Assembly (NCBI RefSeq): GCF_036365525.1 | Contig: NC_090400.1 | Location: forward strand, 30,834,534 to 30,898,533 | Source of the DNA: Heterodontus francisci | Taxonomy: Eukaryota | DNA length: 64,000 nt | Reading direction: 5' to 3' | Shown: one piece after another, positions 35,327 through 48,752 of the stretch | Layout: every line of letters begins with the position of its first letter | How positions within the stretch are numbered: position 1 is the stretch's first letter | Program-made: the position numbers and the translations under genes | Notes under the pieces: generated by a model | Databases searched by the model: none | What the model saw: the letters and a program-made list of their open reading frames with translations, nothing else | Told to the model about the DNA's origin: nothing

Positions 35327-37080
35327 AAAACAATGGATCCATTCTGACCCCTGCCAGGGTCCCTTTAAATAGAGAAAGTCTTTAACAGTCAGGTATGGGT
35401 CAGGATCATGACCGCACTCTGATTCATTGGGAAACCTGGAAGCAGGATGCTAATTCCGTGGCGGAGTTAAAAACTCCTAGCAAAGCCCACTCCACAAACA
35501 TTTGGATTCCTGACCTGCAGCCAGTTTCTCCCACTGGGAGCAGGTCTAAATATTAAAAATTTGCCCTTTTTTATTCAATGGCATGGCAGGAAATTATTTT
35601 TCTTTAATAATGTGCAATATACATGGGCACCACCACCCTCCAGTGCCATTCACATCATTAAGGTCCAAAATGCATGAGAATTGATTGATACATGTCTGGA
35701 AAGTCATTACATGTCCATTGAAATGGATATACTGATTACAAGCCAAAGTGTTATTGCATTGAAATGACCAATGTAACATAACCAATGTAAACTCATTTGT
35801 ACTCGGGCATGATCTGTTCCAAGGTTGTTAAATACATTACATTGCTGCCTGGAATGCGTCTTCTCAATGGTGATTGTATCACAGTGCTGGTTGTCTCACC
35901 AGTGCCTCATGTGTCTTGACTCCCGTTATTTTCGCACTTGAATTTATTTGAATAATGGATGATTTGGACACTCATGGCTGTTAATATTGCATTGGATATT
36001 CACTTGATCTAGCATACTTGTGGCAGAATTTTTAACTTTCTGCAAGTATCTGAACAAGTGCTTGAATACAACCCAGTTTCTAGTCTTGCACAAATGAGTC
36101 AACTGATAATTCAGTGAAAATATTTAAACTCCAGTGATTAATAAATTCAGGGTCAGCACTAATTCAACTTTTGCATAAGCTGGGCCCATGCGATGATTCT
36201 CTTAACTGCAACAAATGCAGAAAGATAGAGTCATAGTGTCATAGTTATACCTCACAAAAACAGGCCCTTCGGCTTACAGTGTCCATGCCGGCCATCAAGC
36301 CTATCTATTCTAATCCCATTTTCCAGCACTTGGCCCATAGTTTTGTATGCTATGGCTTTTCAAGTGCTGATCTAAATACTTCTAAAATGTTGTGAAGGTT
36401 CCTGTCTCTACCACTCCTTCAGGCAGTGTGTTCCAGATTCCAACTGCCCTCTGGGTGAATTTTTTTTCCCTCAAATCCCCTCTAAATGTCTTGCCCCTTA
36501 CCTTAAATCTATGCTCCCTGGTTATTGAACCCCTCCGCTAAGGGAAAAAAGTTTCTTCCTATCCACCCTATCTATGCCCCTCATAATTTTGTATACCTCA
36601 ATCAGGTCCTCCCTCAGCCTTCTCTGCTCTAAGGAAAACAACCCTAGCCTATCCAGTCTCTCTTCATAGCTGAAATGCCCAGGCAACATCCTGGTGAATC
36701 TCCTCTGCACCCTCTCCAGTGCAATCACATCCTTCCTGTAGTGTGGCGACCCGAACTGTACACAGTCCTCTAGCTGTGGCTAACTAGCATTTTATCCAGC
36801 TCCATCATAACCTCCCTGCTCTTATATTCTATGCCTCGGCTAATAAAGGTAAGTATCCCATATGCCTTCCTAACCACCTTATCTACCTGTGCTGCTGCCT
36901 TCAGTGATCTATGGACAAGTACACCAAGGTCCGTCTGACCCTCTGTACTTCCTAGGGTCCTACCATCCATTGTATATTCCCTTGCCTTGTTAGTCCTCCC
37001 AAAATGCATCACCTTACACTTCTCAGGATTACATTCCAGTTGCCACTGCTCTGCCCATCTTACCAGCCCATCTATATTGT

Positions 37081-38240
37081 GAAAAGAACAAAAAACAAAG
37101 AACAGTACAGCACAGGAACAGGCCATTCGGCCCTCCAAGCCTGCGCCGATCTTGATGCCTGCCGAAACTAACACCTTCTGCACTTCCGGGGCCCATATCC
37201 CTCTATTCCCTTCCTATTCATATATTTGTCAAGATGTCTCTTAAACATCGCTATTGTATCTGCTTCCACCACCTCCCCTGGCAGCAAGTTCCAGGCACTC
37301 ACCACCCTCTGTGTAAAAAACTTGCCTCGCACATCTCCTCTAAACTTTGCCCCTCGCACCTTAAACCTATGTCCCCTAGTAACTGACTCTTCCACCCTGG
37401 GAAAAAGCTTCTGACTATCCACTCTGTCCATTCCGCTCATAACTTTGTAAACCTCTATCATGTCGCCCCTCTACCTCCGTCGTTCCAGTGAAAACAATCC
37501 GAGTTTTTCCAACCTCTCTTCATAGCTAATACCCTCCAGACCAGGCAACATCCTGGTAAACCTCCTCTGTACCCTCTCCAAAGCCTCCACGTCTTTCTGG
37601 TAGTGTGGCGACCAGAATTGCACGCAATATTCTAAGTGTGGCCTAACTAAGGTTCTGTACAGCTGCAACATGACTTGCCAATTTTTATACTCTATGCCCT
37701 GACCGATGAAGGCAAGCACGCCGAATGCCTTCTTGACTACCTTATCCACCTGCATTGCCACTTTCAGTGACCTGTGGACCTGTACGCCCAGATCTCTCTG
37801 CCTGTCAATACTCCTAAGGGTTCTGCCATTTACTGTATAATCCCACCTGCATTAGACCTTCCAAAATGCATTACCTCACATTTGTCCGGATTAAACTCCA
37901 TCTGCCATTTCTCCGCCCAAGTCTCCAACCGATCTATATCCTGCTGTATCCTCTGACAATCCTCATCATTATCCGCAACTCCACCAACCTGTGTGTCATC
38001 CGCAAACTTACTAATCAGACCAGCTACATTTTCCTCCAAATCATTTATATATACTACAAACAGCAAAGGTCCCAGCACTGATCCCTGCGGAACACCACTA
38101 GTCACATCCCTCCATTCAGAAAACACCCATCCACTATTACCCTCTGTCTTTTGTGACTGAGTCAGTTCTGTATCCATCTTGCCAGCTCACCTCTGATCCC
38201 GTGTGACTTCACCTTTTGCACCAGTCTGCCATGTGGGACC
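37081..38240 (-). mobile_element. Younger 5'-truncated CR1 nested in the host CR1
   Basis: Has its own tail (AAGAACAAAAAACAAAGAACAGTACAGCACAGG on +) and well-preserved RT pieces GVPQGSVLGPLLFVVYINDL..KFADDT. TTGT at both junctions. Confidence 0.9.
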
Positions 38241-39792
38241 TTGTAATCCTCCTCATTATTTACGACACCAATTTTCATGTCATCTGTGAACCAACTGATC
38301 ATAACTCTTATATTCACGTCTAAATCATTAATGTACACTACAAACAGCAAGGGTCCCAGCATCGATCCCTGCGGTACACCACTGACCGCAGGCTTCCAAT
38401 CGCAAAATCAACCCTCAACCATCACACTCTGCCTCCAGCCACAAAGCCAATTTTGGATCCAATTTGCCAAATTGCCCTGGATCCCATGGGTTCTTACCTT
38501 CTTAAGAAATCTTCCATGCGGGACCTTATCAAAAGCCTTACTGAAGTCCATGTAGACTACATCAACTGCTTTACCCTCAACTACACATCTAATCACCGCC
38601 TTGAAAAATTCAGTCAAATTGATTCGACATGATCTCCCCCTGACAAATCCTTGCTGACTATTCTTGATTAATCCCTGCCTCTCCAAGCGGAGATTAATCC
38701 TGTCCCTACCATTGATGTTAGACTCACTGGCCTGTAATTACATGGTTTATCCCTGCTACCCTTCTTGAATAATGGTACTACATTTGCTGTCCTCCAGTCC
38801 TCTGATATCTCTCCTGTGGCCAGAGAGGATTTGAAAATCTGTGTCAGAGCCCCTGCAATCTCCTCCCTTGCCTCCCATTTTTAAGCCCGCTAAAACCATT
38901 AATACCTCCTCCCTTTCAATGCTAATTTGTTCAAGTATATCACAATCCCCCTCCCTGATCTCTACACCTACATCGTCCGTCCCCATAGTGAACACAGATG
39001 AAAAGTAATAATTTAAAACCTCACCTACATCCTATGGCTCCACACACAGATTGCCACTTTGCTCCTTAATGGGCCCTCCTCTTTCCCTGGTTATCCTCTT
39101 GTCCTTAACATACTTATAAAATGCCTTGGGATTTTCCTTTATCTTGCCCGCAGTGTTTTTTCATGCCCCCTCTTCACTCTCCTAATTACTTTAAGTACCT
39201 TCCTACACTTTCTATACTCCTCTAGAGCCTCTGCTGTTTTCAGCCCTCTGAATCTCTCAGAAGCCTCCTTTTTTTTCCCCCTAATCCATTCCTCTATATC
39301 CCTTGACATCCAGGGTTCCCTGGATGTATTGGTCCTACCCTTCACCTTTACGGGAACATGTTGGCCCTGAACTCTCACTATTTCCTTTTAGAATGACTCC
39401 CACTGGTCTGATGTAGACTTTCCTATAAGTAGCTGCTCCCAATCCACTTTGGCCAGGTCCTGTTTTATCATATTGAAATCGGCCTTCCCCCAATTCAGTA
39501 CATTCATTTCCGGTCCACCTTTGTCCTATTCTGTAACTACCTTAAATCTTAGAGTTATGGCCACTATCCCTGAAATGCTCCCTCACTGACACTTCTACCA
39601 CTTGTCCGACTTCATTCCCTAAGATTAGGTCCAGTACCGCCCCTTCTCTTGTAGGACTTTCTACTTGCTGGCGCAAAAAGCTCTCCTGGATGCGCTTGAA
39701 GAATTCTGCCCCCTTTAAGCCTTTTGCACCAAGACTATCTCAGTTAATATTGGGGAAGTTGAAATCCCCTACTATTATTACCCAATTATTTT

Positions 39793-41998
39793 GGGTTCTA
39801 TTTCAATCTCACTGGTTTCAATCTCACTTTGAAGAGCTGGAACCGGTCATAGTTGCTAAGTGCATTGCACTGTTGAACTACAAGAAAGCCCCCAGCGAGT
39901 TAACAACCGTAGCACTTAAAGCAGCCAGAAGCGCTGCACAAAAGAACAGCCAGGCGCTGCGCTAATGGCTACTGGAAACACCTATGCAATTGTATTCAGC
40001 TGGCCTCCGACACCGGAAACATCAGAGGAATGTATGATGGCATTAAGAGAGCTTTTGGGCCAACCATCAAGAAGATTGCTCCCCTCAAGTCTAAATCAGT
40101 GGACATGATCACTGACCAATGCAAGCAAATGGAACGCTGGGTAGAGCATTACCTAGAACTGTACTCCAGGGAAAATGTTGTCACTGATACCGCCCTCAAT
40201 GCAGCCCAGTCTCTGCCAGTCATGGATGAGCTGGATGAACAGCCAACAAAATCGGAACTCTGATGCCATTGATTTTCTAGCCAGTGGAAAAGCCCCTGGG
40301 AAGGACGGCATTACCCCTGAAATAATCAAAAGTGCCAAGCCTGTGCTGGGATGAGGGAGCAGTACCACAGGACATGCGCGATGCCAATATCATCACCCTC
40401 TATAAGAACAAGGGTGACCGTGGTGACTGCAACAACTACCGTGGAATCTCCCTGCTTGGCATCGTGGGGAAAGTCTTCGCTTGAGTCCTTTTAAGCAAGC
40501 TCCAGAAGCTGGCTGAGTGTGTCTACCCTGAGGCACAGTGTGGCTTTCGAGCAGAGAGATCCACCATTGACATGCTGTTCTCCCTTCGCCAGCTGCAGGA
40601 GAAATGCTGTGAACAACAGATGCCCCTCTATGTTGCTTTCATAGATCTCACCAAAGCCTTTGACCTCGTCAGCAGACATGTTCTCTTCAAACTACTAGCA
40701 AAGATCGGATGTCCACCAAAGCTACTAAGTATCATCACCTCATTCCATGACAATATGAAAAGGCACAATTCAGCATAGCGGCGCCTCATCAGACCCCTTT
40801 CCTATCCTGAGTGCCGTGAAACAGGGCTGAGTTCTCGCACCTACACTGTTTGGGATCTTCTTCTCCCTGCTGCTCTCACATGCGTTCAAGTCTTCAGAAG
40901 AAGGAATTGTCATCCACACAAGATCAGATGGCAGGTTGTTCAACCTTGTCCGTCTAAGAGCGAAGGCCAAAGTACGGAAAGTCCTCATCAGGGAACTCCT
41001 GTTTGCTGACAATGCTGCAGTAACATCCCACACTGAAGAGTGTCTCCAGAGACTCATCGACAGGATTGCGGCTGCCTGCAATGAATTTGGCCTAACCATC
41101 AGCCTCAAGAAAATGAACATCATGGGACAGGACGTCAGAAATGCTCCATCCATCAATATCGGTGACCACGCTCTGGAAGTGGTTCAAACGTTCACCTACC
41201 TAGGCTCAACTATCACCGGTAACCGGTCTCTCGATGCAGAAATCAACAAGCGCATGGGAACGGCGTCTGCTGCTATGTCCAGACTGGCCAAGAGTGTGTG
41301 GGAAGATGGCACACTGACACGGAACACAAAAGACCGAGTGTATCAAGCCTGTGTCATCAGTATCTTGCTCTACGGCAGCAAGGCCTGGACAACGTATGTC
41401 AGCCAAGAGCAACGTCTCAATTCATTCCATCTTCGCTGCCTCCAGAGAATCCTTGGCATCAGGTGGCAGGACCGTATCTCCAATGCAGAAGTCCTCGAGG
41501 TGGCCAACACCCCCAGCATATACACTCTACTGAGCCAGCGGCGCTTGAGATGGCTTGGCCATGTGAGCCGCATGGAAGATGGCAGGATCCCCAAGGACGC
41601 ATTGTACAGCGAGCTCGTCACTGGTATCAGACCCACAGGCCGTCCATGCCTCTGCATTAAAGACGTCTGCAAATGCGATGTGAAGTCCTGTGACAATGAT
41701 CACGTTGTGGGAGTCAGTTGCCAGTGATCGCCAGAGCTGGCGGACAGCCATAAAGGCGGGGCTAAAGAGTGGCGAGTTGAAGGGCCTTAGCAGTTGGCAG
41801 GAAAAAAGACAGAAGCGCAAGGGGAGAGCCAACTGTGTAACAACCCCGACAACCAATTTTATCTGCAGCACCTGTGGAAGAGCCTGTCACTCTAGAATTG
41901 GCCTTTATAGCCACTCCAGGCGCTCTTCACAAACCACTGACCACCTCCAGGGACTTACCCATTGTCTCGAGACAAGGAGGCCAAAGAAGAAAAAGAAG
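39793..41998 (+). mobile_element. RTE-clade LINE, 5'-truncated
   Basis: NYRGISLL, PEAQCGFR, FIDLTKAFD, ELLFADNA (263-aa ORF 40936-41727), RRLRWLGHV.RM, C-terminal CSTCGRACHSRIGLYSH. (GAA)n-type tail and ATTTT at both junctions. Confidence 0.95.
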
Positions 41999-42857
41999 AT
42001 TTTTACACCTGAGATTTGCCTACATATCTGCTCCTCTATCTCTCCCTGACTATTTGGAAGCCTGTACTACACTCCCAGCAAAGTGATTACCCCTTTTTGT
42101 ATTTAAGTTCTACCCATATGGCCTCATTTGAGGAACCTTCTAAGATATCATCCATCCTTACTGTAGTTATTGACTCCTTGATCAATAGTGCAATGCCACC
42201 TCCTCTTTTACACCCCCCTCTGTCACGCCTGAAGATTCCATACCCTGGAATATTAAGCTGCCAGTCCTGCCCTTCCCTCAACCATGTCTCTGTGATAGCA
42301 ATATTATCATATTCCCATGTGCTAATCAATGCCCTCTATTCATCTGCCTTACCTGTAAGACTCCTTGCGTTAAAATAGATGCAGTCCAGCCTTGCATTAT
42401 TCGCTTGTGCCTTAGCAGGTCTATATTTGCTCTGCCTTCCAGACTGACTTAGTTTCTCTTCTATATTTGGCTGTGCATCACTCCCTAATGAACCTCCATT
42501 CTGTATCCCATCCCCCTGCCAAATTAGTTTAAATACCCCCTACAGCACTAGCAAACCTCTCTGCAAGGATGTTGGTCCCATTCCAGTTCAGGTACATCCC
42601 GTCCGACTTGCATAGGTCTCACCTTCCCCAGAAACAGACCCAGTGATCCGGGAAACTAAAGCACTCCCTCCTGCACCATCTCTTCAGCCACACATTCATC
42701 TGCTCTATCCTCCTATTCCTATACTCACTAGTATGTGGCACCGGGGTCATCCAGAAATTACAACCTTCGAGGTCCTGCTTTTTAATCTGCTACCTAGCTC
42801 CCTAAATTCTTGTTGACAGGACCTCAGCCCTCTTTCTACCTATGTCGTTGGTACCAA

Positions 42858-43222
42858 AATCATGAGAGGTATAGACAGGGTGGATAGCAAGAAGCTTTTT
42901 CCCAGAGTGGGGGATTCAATTACTCGGGGTCACGAGTTCAAAGTGAGAGGGGAAAAGTTTAGGGGGGATATGCGTGGAAAGTTCTTTACGCAGAGGGTGG
43001 TGGGTGCCTGGAACGCGTTGCCAGCGGAGGTGGTAGACGCAGGCACGATAGCGTCTTTTAAGATGTATCTAGACAGATACATGAATGGGCAGGAAGCAAA
43101 GAGATACAGACCCTTAGAAAATAGGCGACATGTTTAGATAGAGGATCTGGATCGGCACAGGCTTGGAGGGCCGAAGGGCCTGTTCCTGTGCTGTAATTTT
43201 CTTTGTTCTTTGTTCTTTGTTC
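42858..43222 (+). mobile_element. Short CR1 3' fragment inserted antisense in host CR1 ORF1
   Basis: MRGIDRVDSKKLFP...FFTQRVVGAWNALP with a (TTCTTTG)n tail. The host GGTACCAA|TGTGAACC rejoins on removal. Confidence 0.9.
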
Positions 43223-44857
43223 AATGTGAACCATGACCTCTGACTGTTCACCCTTCCCTTTCAGAATGTCCTGCACCCACTCAGTGACATTCTTGACCCT
43301 AGCACCAGGGAGGGAACATACCATTCTGGAGTCACGTTTGCAGCCCCAGAAACAGCTATCAGAATCCCCTATTGTTAGTGGTACAATTACTATAGCTCTC
43401 CCACTCTTTTTCCTCCCCTCTTGTGCAGCTGAGCTACCTGTGGTGCCACAGACTTGGCTCTTGCTGCATTCCCCTGAGAAGCTATCTCCCTCAACAGTTT
43501 CCAAAGCGGAAAATCCATTAGAGAGGGAGATGGACCCAGGGGACTTCTGCACTACCTGCCTAGTTCTTCTACTCTGCCTAACGGTCACCCATTCCCTTTC
43601 TGCCTGAGGGGTCTTTACCTGCGGTGTGACCACCTCCCTGTACATGCTATCCACAATGATAGCCTTGTGGATGCTTCACAGGGTCCTGAAACACAGATTT
43701 CAAGTAGCTGCAGCTGGATACACCTCCCACACATGTGTTTGCCCTGGACTCTGGAAGTGTCCCTGACTTCGCAGATTTCACAAGAGGAGCACTCCACACT
43801 GCTGAGCTGCCCTGCCATGACTTACCCTTAATTTACTCCCTTAAATTACTCAAAAATTCGAGATTATTTACACTAGGGACCTTGATTCCCTAAAAACACT
43901 GCTTCCTATATATAAAAAAAACTGTAGACCTTACCTTTCTCTTTACTTCAGTTACTAACCCAGCAATTTCTGATACTCCCTAACAGCAGTTACTCACCAA
44001 TCACCTTGCAGCTTTCTGGTGATGTCACTGTTCGAATTTTTTTTTTTCAAACACTGTCAGCACACGCCAACTCCTGAAGAGGTCTGACTGCTCTCCGCTC
44101 CTGAAGGTAAGTGAAGGCTCCGAGCCTCATGCTAAATTTATTCGCTCCCAGTTCTAGGTGCTCACACAGGTCTAACTGCTCTCCACTCCTGAAGGTAAGA
44201 TGACTGCTGAGAATTACTCATGGCCAATTCCATGTAATGGGACGGTGGGATGGGAGGGGGAGCATTAAGTGTGTGGTGACACAATGAGTGAGCAGGAATT
44301 TAGTTGTGAATTGCAAAGTTCCAAGTTGAAATTTGAATCTATATTGATCTAGTTTGGATCAATGTCTAATTTGAGCATCATCTCTGCCTGTTCTAATTGA
44401 TGGTTTTCGAACATGGTTCATAGGCTGAAAAGTTTCAGGCAAGAGTTACTCTGGAAAACATTAATTGGAAAACCAGAAATTCTTTCACAGGATAAGTTTA
44501 AGAATATGTTAATATGAAGACATTTATAATGTTACAATTGTATGGCGAATAGAGAAATCTTCCCTCTAAGTTACAGCAGGAAAATTGATCACTTTGACAA
44601 AATCTGAAATCAAAAAAGCACAACAGAAAGTGCCCAATTTTGAACATTGCTGTCAAACTTGAAGTGCAGGTGCCCCTTTAAGAAGCTACTGCTGCATATT
44701 TCTGCTCCAAACTATGAAATCACAAGTTTCGACACACCTCATGCTGCATTTAGATGTGGAGACAGCAGAAAACCCAGGGATGGCTCTTCTCTGCGCCAGG
44801 ACGAGATGTGTTGGGCAAAACACACTAGAGTTAGCAGTTTCAAGCACTTACATTCAT

Positions 44858-45192
44858 ATTTATTTTTATTTAGAGATACAGCACTGAAACAGGCCCTTCG
44901 GCCCACCGAGTCTGTGCTGACCAACAACCACCCATTTATACTAATCCTATATTAATCCCATAGTCTCTACCACATCCCCACCATTCTCCTACCACCGACC
45001 TACTCTCGGGGCAATTTACAATGGCCAATTTACCTATCAACCTGCAAGTCTTTGGCTGTGGGAGGAAACCGGAGCACCCGGCGGAAACCCACACAGACAC
45101 AGGGAGAACTTGCAAACTCCGCACAGGCAGTATCCAGAACTGAACCCGGGTCGCTGGAGCTGTGAGGCTGCGGTGCTAACCACTGCGCCACC
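44858..45192 (-). mobile_element. HE1-like V-SINE
   Basis: Full-length copy homologous to 32-371, with head GGTGGCGCAGTGGTTAGCACCGCAGCC on the minus strand. Confidence 0.92.
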
Positions 45193-47599
45193 CATTGACA
45201 AATTAATTCGAAGTCTACATCATCCTTTGCCCTCATTTTCAGCCAGTGAAGGCGTCAAACAAAACCATAACATTTCCAATCCACTGATTTATGGTCTTCA
45301 TGGCAAATGGATGGGAAACAGATCACTAAAACTACTGTAAAATTACCAGAATCTGATAATTGACATTTTGTTTCGATTATTTCTTGATCAATCAGTGGCC
45401 CTGATCATTTTGTTTAACTCAGAGTGGTAGTAGGCACAATTTCAAGCAGAGCAACTGGCCATTCAGGCCAACAGATCTGTGCTGGCGTTTATGCTCCACA
45501 TGAGCCTCCTCCCACCCTACTTCATCTCATCCTGTCTGCATACCCTTCTAAATTAAATCTAAATTGAAGTCTGTATCAAAAATGATTGTGCTTATGTCAG
45601 CTTTGTTTCAAGCACCACTTCGGATGAATCACCAGTATCCATCTGCCCATCCCTACCAGAAACTCAGAATCCTTGAGGTTTGCCCAGCTCTCCCCAGATC
45701 CTGACCATGTTCAATTGGCTTCTTGAGCAAAAGGGCAAATCTGGCAACATCTTTTTGCTAAAGTCTTTGGGGAAGGTGTGGATAGGGGCTAGGTGTTAGA
45801 CCACTTGTCTGATCTGGGCCCCATTGGTATGGAGACTGTTGCACTTCCACTATCACAGTATGCTTGTTGCTATAGTAATGCCAATTCCTCTACTGGCTCA
45901 GCAGTTGGAACCCCTGGCTTAGGGAGCCCCATCCCTTGCTATTATTTGTCTAGTTAGGGGTGTAAAGTGGCTCTGCCACTTATAAGACAAAGAGGGTACT
46001 ATCAAATAGTGGAAGACCTGGTACAAGAATTTCCACCATTTGCACTGGGGAAGGGGAGTGGTGGGGACCTTTATCCCAGAGTTAAAGAAGGAGACTGGTG
46101 GAACCCTGACAGAATTTATTCCCTGAAGTCTTTCCAGCAAAATAAAACATTTGACAGTAACATAAAGCTTCCTTTTTATAACTTGTTCACACTATGCAAT
46201 GCCTTCCAAAGCACCACAAATGGTGTACTTATGTTAAGTAAGGTGGAGCGTCCTTTCATGTTTTGACTATAAATTATAACTTGAGACACTGCAGCTATCA
46301 TCTGGGACACTTTTGAGTTATTGATTGAGTATTAGTTTGTGCAGAGTAAGGATGCAACATGAAATGACTATGTGAAGAGAAGGTACTCAGGTGCAGTAGT
46401 GGTTCAGTTCACTCATTTTCAGTCGATAGCCTCTTTATTGTAAAGTATTAGTCATCTGCTGCCATATCTCAGAAACCAGTACAAAGCTGAATGATAAACA
46501 TATGAATGGCCAGAGCAGCCCACTGATGTTCACATTGATTTTTAATAGGCAAAAGCAGTCTGGTGTTTAATAAAGTGTAAAATTATTACGATAATCGAGA
46601 AAGTGATGATGGGAGCAATTATATAGAACTTATTTCACAACAGTTATTTGTTTAAACTGGAAAAGACCTAATGTTGTCAGTCTTAGTAATGGACTGGAAA
46701 GTCCCACCTTAAGCCTTAAGAGACACTGGACCAGCAACACAAGGGAACTTGGCAATTCTACTTCAAAAAAAATCCAACTGGAACAACATGCATCCAAACA
46801 CTTCAGTTATCTCATCAATCATGAGTGATCATGCTACTGAATATATAAAAACATTTGAGCCTCACATTTATTAACCTATACACATGCAAATTGTGACCAG
46901 TGATTACTCATAACCTGACTGTGCTGTTTCGGTGCTTCTATAGTTGATCATTTAACCAAACAATTAGTCCATGTTTTCTGGCTTCAGCAGTGCACCACCT
47001 GCATGAAAATCGGTATTCTTTGTGATGTTATTTTTAAAGCAGCCTCTTGATTCATTAGTTTCTGGGTAAGTAAAGTTGGCTTGATGTTGCTTGCCATGTG
47101 GAACCTGTGTGTAGATCACCAAAGGCCATACATGGCACCAGAAGTCAGATGTTACCCATTTAAATGCAACAGGATAATGTTAATAAGCTGCTGAAGTGTT
47201 CTCAGCAAGCAAAATAAACAGAAGCTATTACAAGCTTCCAGAAGGAAAGTCAAGACCATGAATGGTGTACTTATATTAAGGGAGGAGTATTGTCAGGATG
47301 TTCCCTGATGTGAATTAAGTGATGAGCTAAACTAAACATGAAAAGAAACAAATATTGCTATAATATGTCTATCAAAATTTAAAGCCTGTGGAGTGATTGC
47401 ATGGAAGTAGCATTAGGATTGCTACTTTATCTGCTCATGCTGATGCATCAGAGTTGAAGTGAGGTAAGTAAACACAATGATTTATTCCACAGGCGATAAA
47501 GTAAGGGAATATTATCGCTTTAGTGTGACAGATTATGAAAGTAACAAGTGTGAGCCATGGAGAAGTTTGATGGACATTTCACTATCAAGCAATTGTCAA

Positions 47600-48450
47600 T
47601 TCTGAGAGCGGGACACCCAATGCAAGTAACACTAACTGTAGATGCAATCAAACACACAATGTATACAATAAGGAAAATTGTCTAAGTATGGAAAGTGTAA
47701 CAGGAGTGCATGCCTACCACATTTCAGGGAGAATGCCCAGCCACAAATGTTAACTGCCAAAGCATGGGGAAAACAGACCAATCATAAGTGTGTGCTTTTC
47801 AAACAAAGGATGAATACACCAATTAAAAAAAAATGGACCATCAAGAAAGTGATTGTAAACAAGAAAGATCACCTCCAAATGAATTATATATTGGCACTGG
47901 AAATAGGATCAAGCATAACAATGATTGGAGGTTGAAGACATCATGGTCAACAACACTAAAATAAATGTGACACTCGATACAGGTGCACAACATAGCAGCA
48001 GTACAGAAAAATTCAGACTAAGGATCAGTCATTAGAGGCATCGCCTATTAAGCTGAAGTCTTTCGCCAGCCACATATTAAAACCAGATGGGGAAATTAAA
48101 CTGCTGTTGCCCACAAGGGAAAGGCATGCCATTATGTTTGTAATTCCACATTGTGGACTCTGATTCTTAATTACTGTTACAAGCAATGTAAAAACAAAGA
48201 GAGTTAGTACTTCGCTGACAAACCGATTCAAAGAGTGGAATGATGTAACTGATGGTTTTGGTTTCATGTTTACGACTACAGCATGAAACTAAATCCAGAA
48301 GTCCATACAGCAGGAGAAAACCCCTAACATTAAAGTGCTGAAGTGAAGGAACTGAAATGTCTGAAGAAAATAGGTATAATCCAAGATGATAATGGGGTGA
48401 CCACCACAGGGCTATGTTTACCAATGCATGCTACAGCTGGGGAGCTTGGC
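47600..48450 (+). mobile_element. Highly decayed Gypsy gag/protease remnant
   Basis: Zinc-knuckle-like CNR...H...CPA...C (47698-47790, frameshifted) and protease motif VTLDTGAQ (~47967). Boundaries uncertain. Confidence 0.5.
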
Positions 48451-48752
48451 ATCTGGCCACACAGACACACATCAGGAAATTATGGCCCACTGTCTACAAT
48501 TTTCCATCCATGAATAGATAGAAAATCAAGGGTGGCGCAACTGCAATTTCCCATTAAGTTTGGTTGCTGGGCATGCATGCAGTCAGAAACTCAGCTCTAT
48601 AGAGTGGTCAATAACAACAAAAAAATCTATGCATCAGGGCTTGAAGCAATCAAGAAGGAGCTGCACCCAATATCAATACATGCCAACTCACTGAACTGAG
48701 TGTCTTCCTACCTCCTTGACACAAAAATCAGGATATGAGAGTTTAAACACAT

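Larger units (their letters stand above)
29390..35566. mobile_element. Decayed autonomous-type PIF/Harbinger transposon (transposase +, Myb/SANT gene -), split by a CR1
   Basis: Convergent HARBI1-like nuclease and Myb-like remnants. Right TIR-like end AAAATTTGCCC at 35556-35566; left end not found. Confidence 0.8.
36227..44200 (-). mobile_element. Near full-length CR1 LINE hosting three younger LINE insertions
   Basis: 5' UTR with a duplicated GGTCT(G/A)ACTGCTCTCC(G/A)CTCCTGAAGGTAAG. ORF1 from ATG 43818 (MAGQLSSVECSSC..CGRC zinc finger, then SGNH esterase-like IGDS..CSLPGARV), endonuclease (AITETWL), RT (DFSKAFDKVPH, YINDLD), tail at ~36230. Confidence 0.92.

Noticed and set aside
40936-41727. 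263-aa ORF as a host or domesticated gene
   Set aside because: It is an internal RTE ORF2 segment flanked by stops and frameshifts, with an altered catalytic motif.
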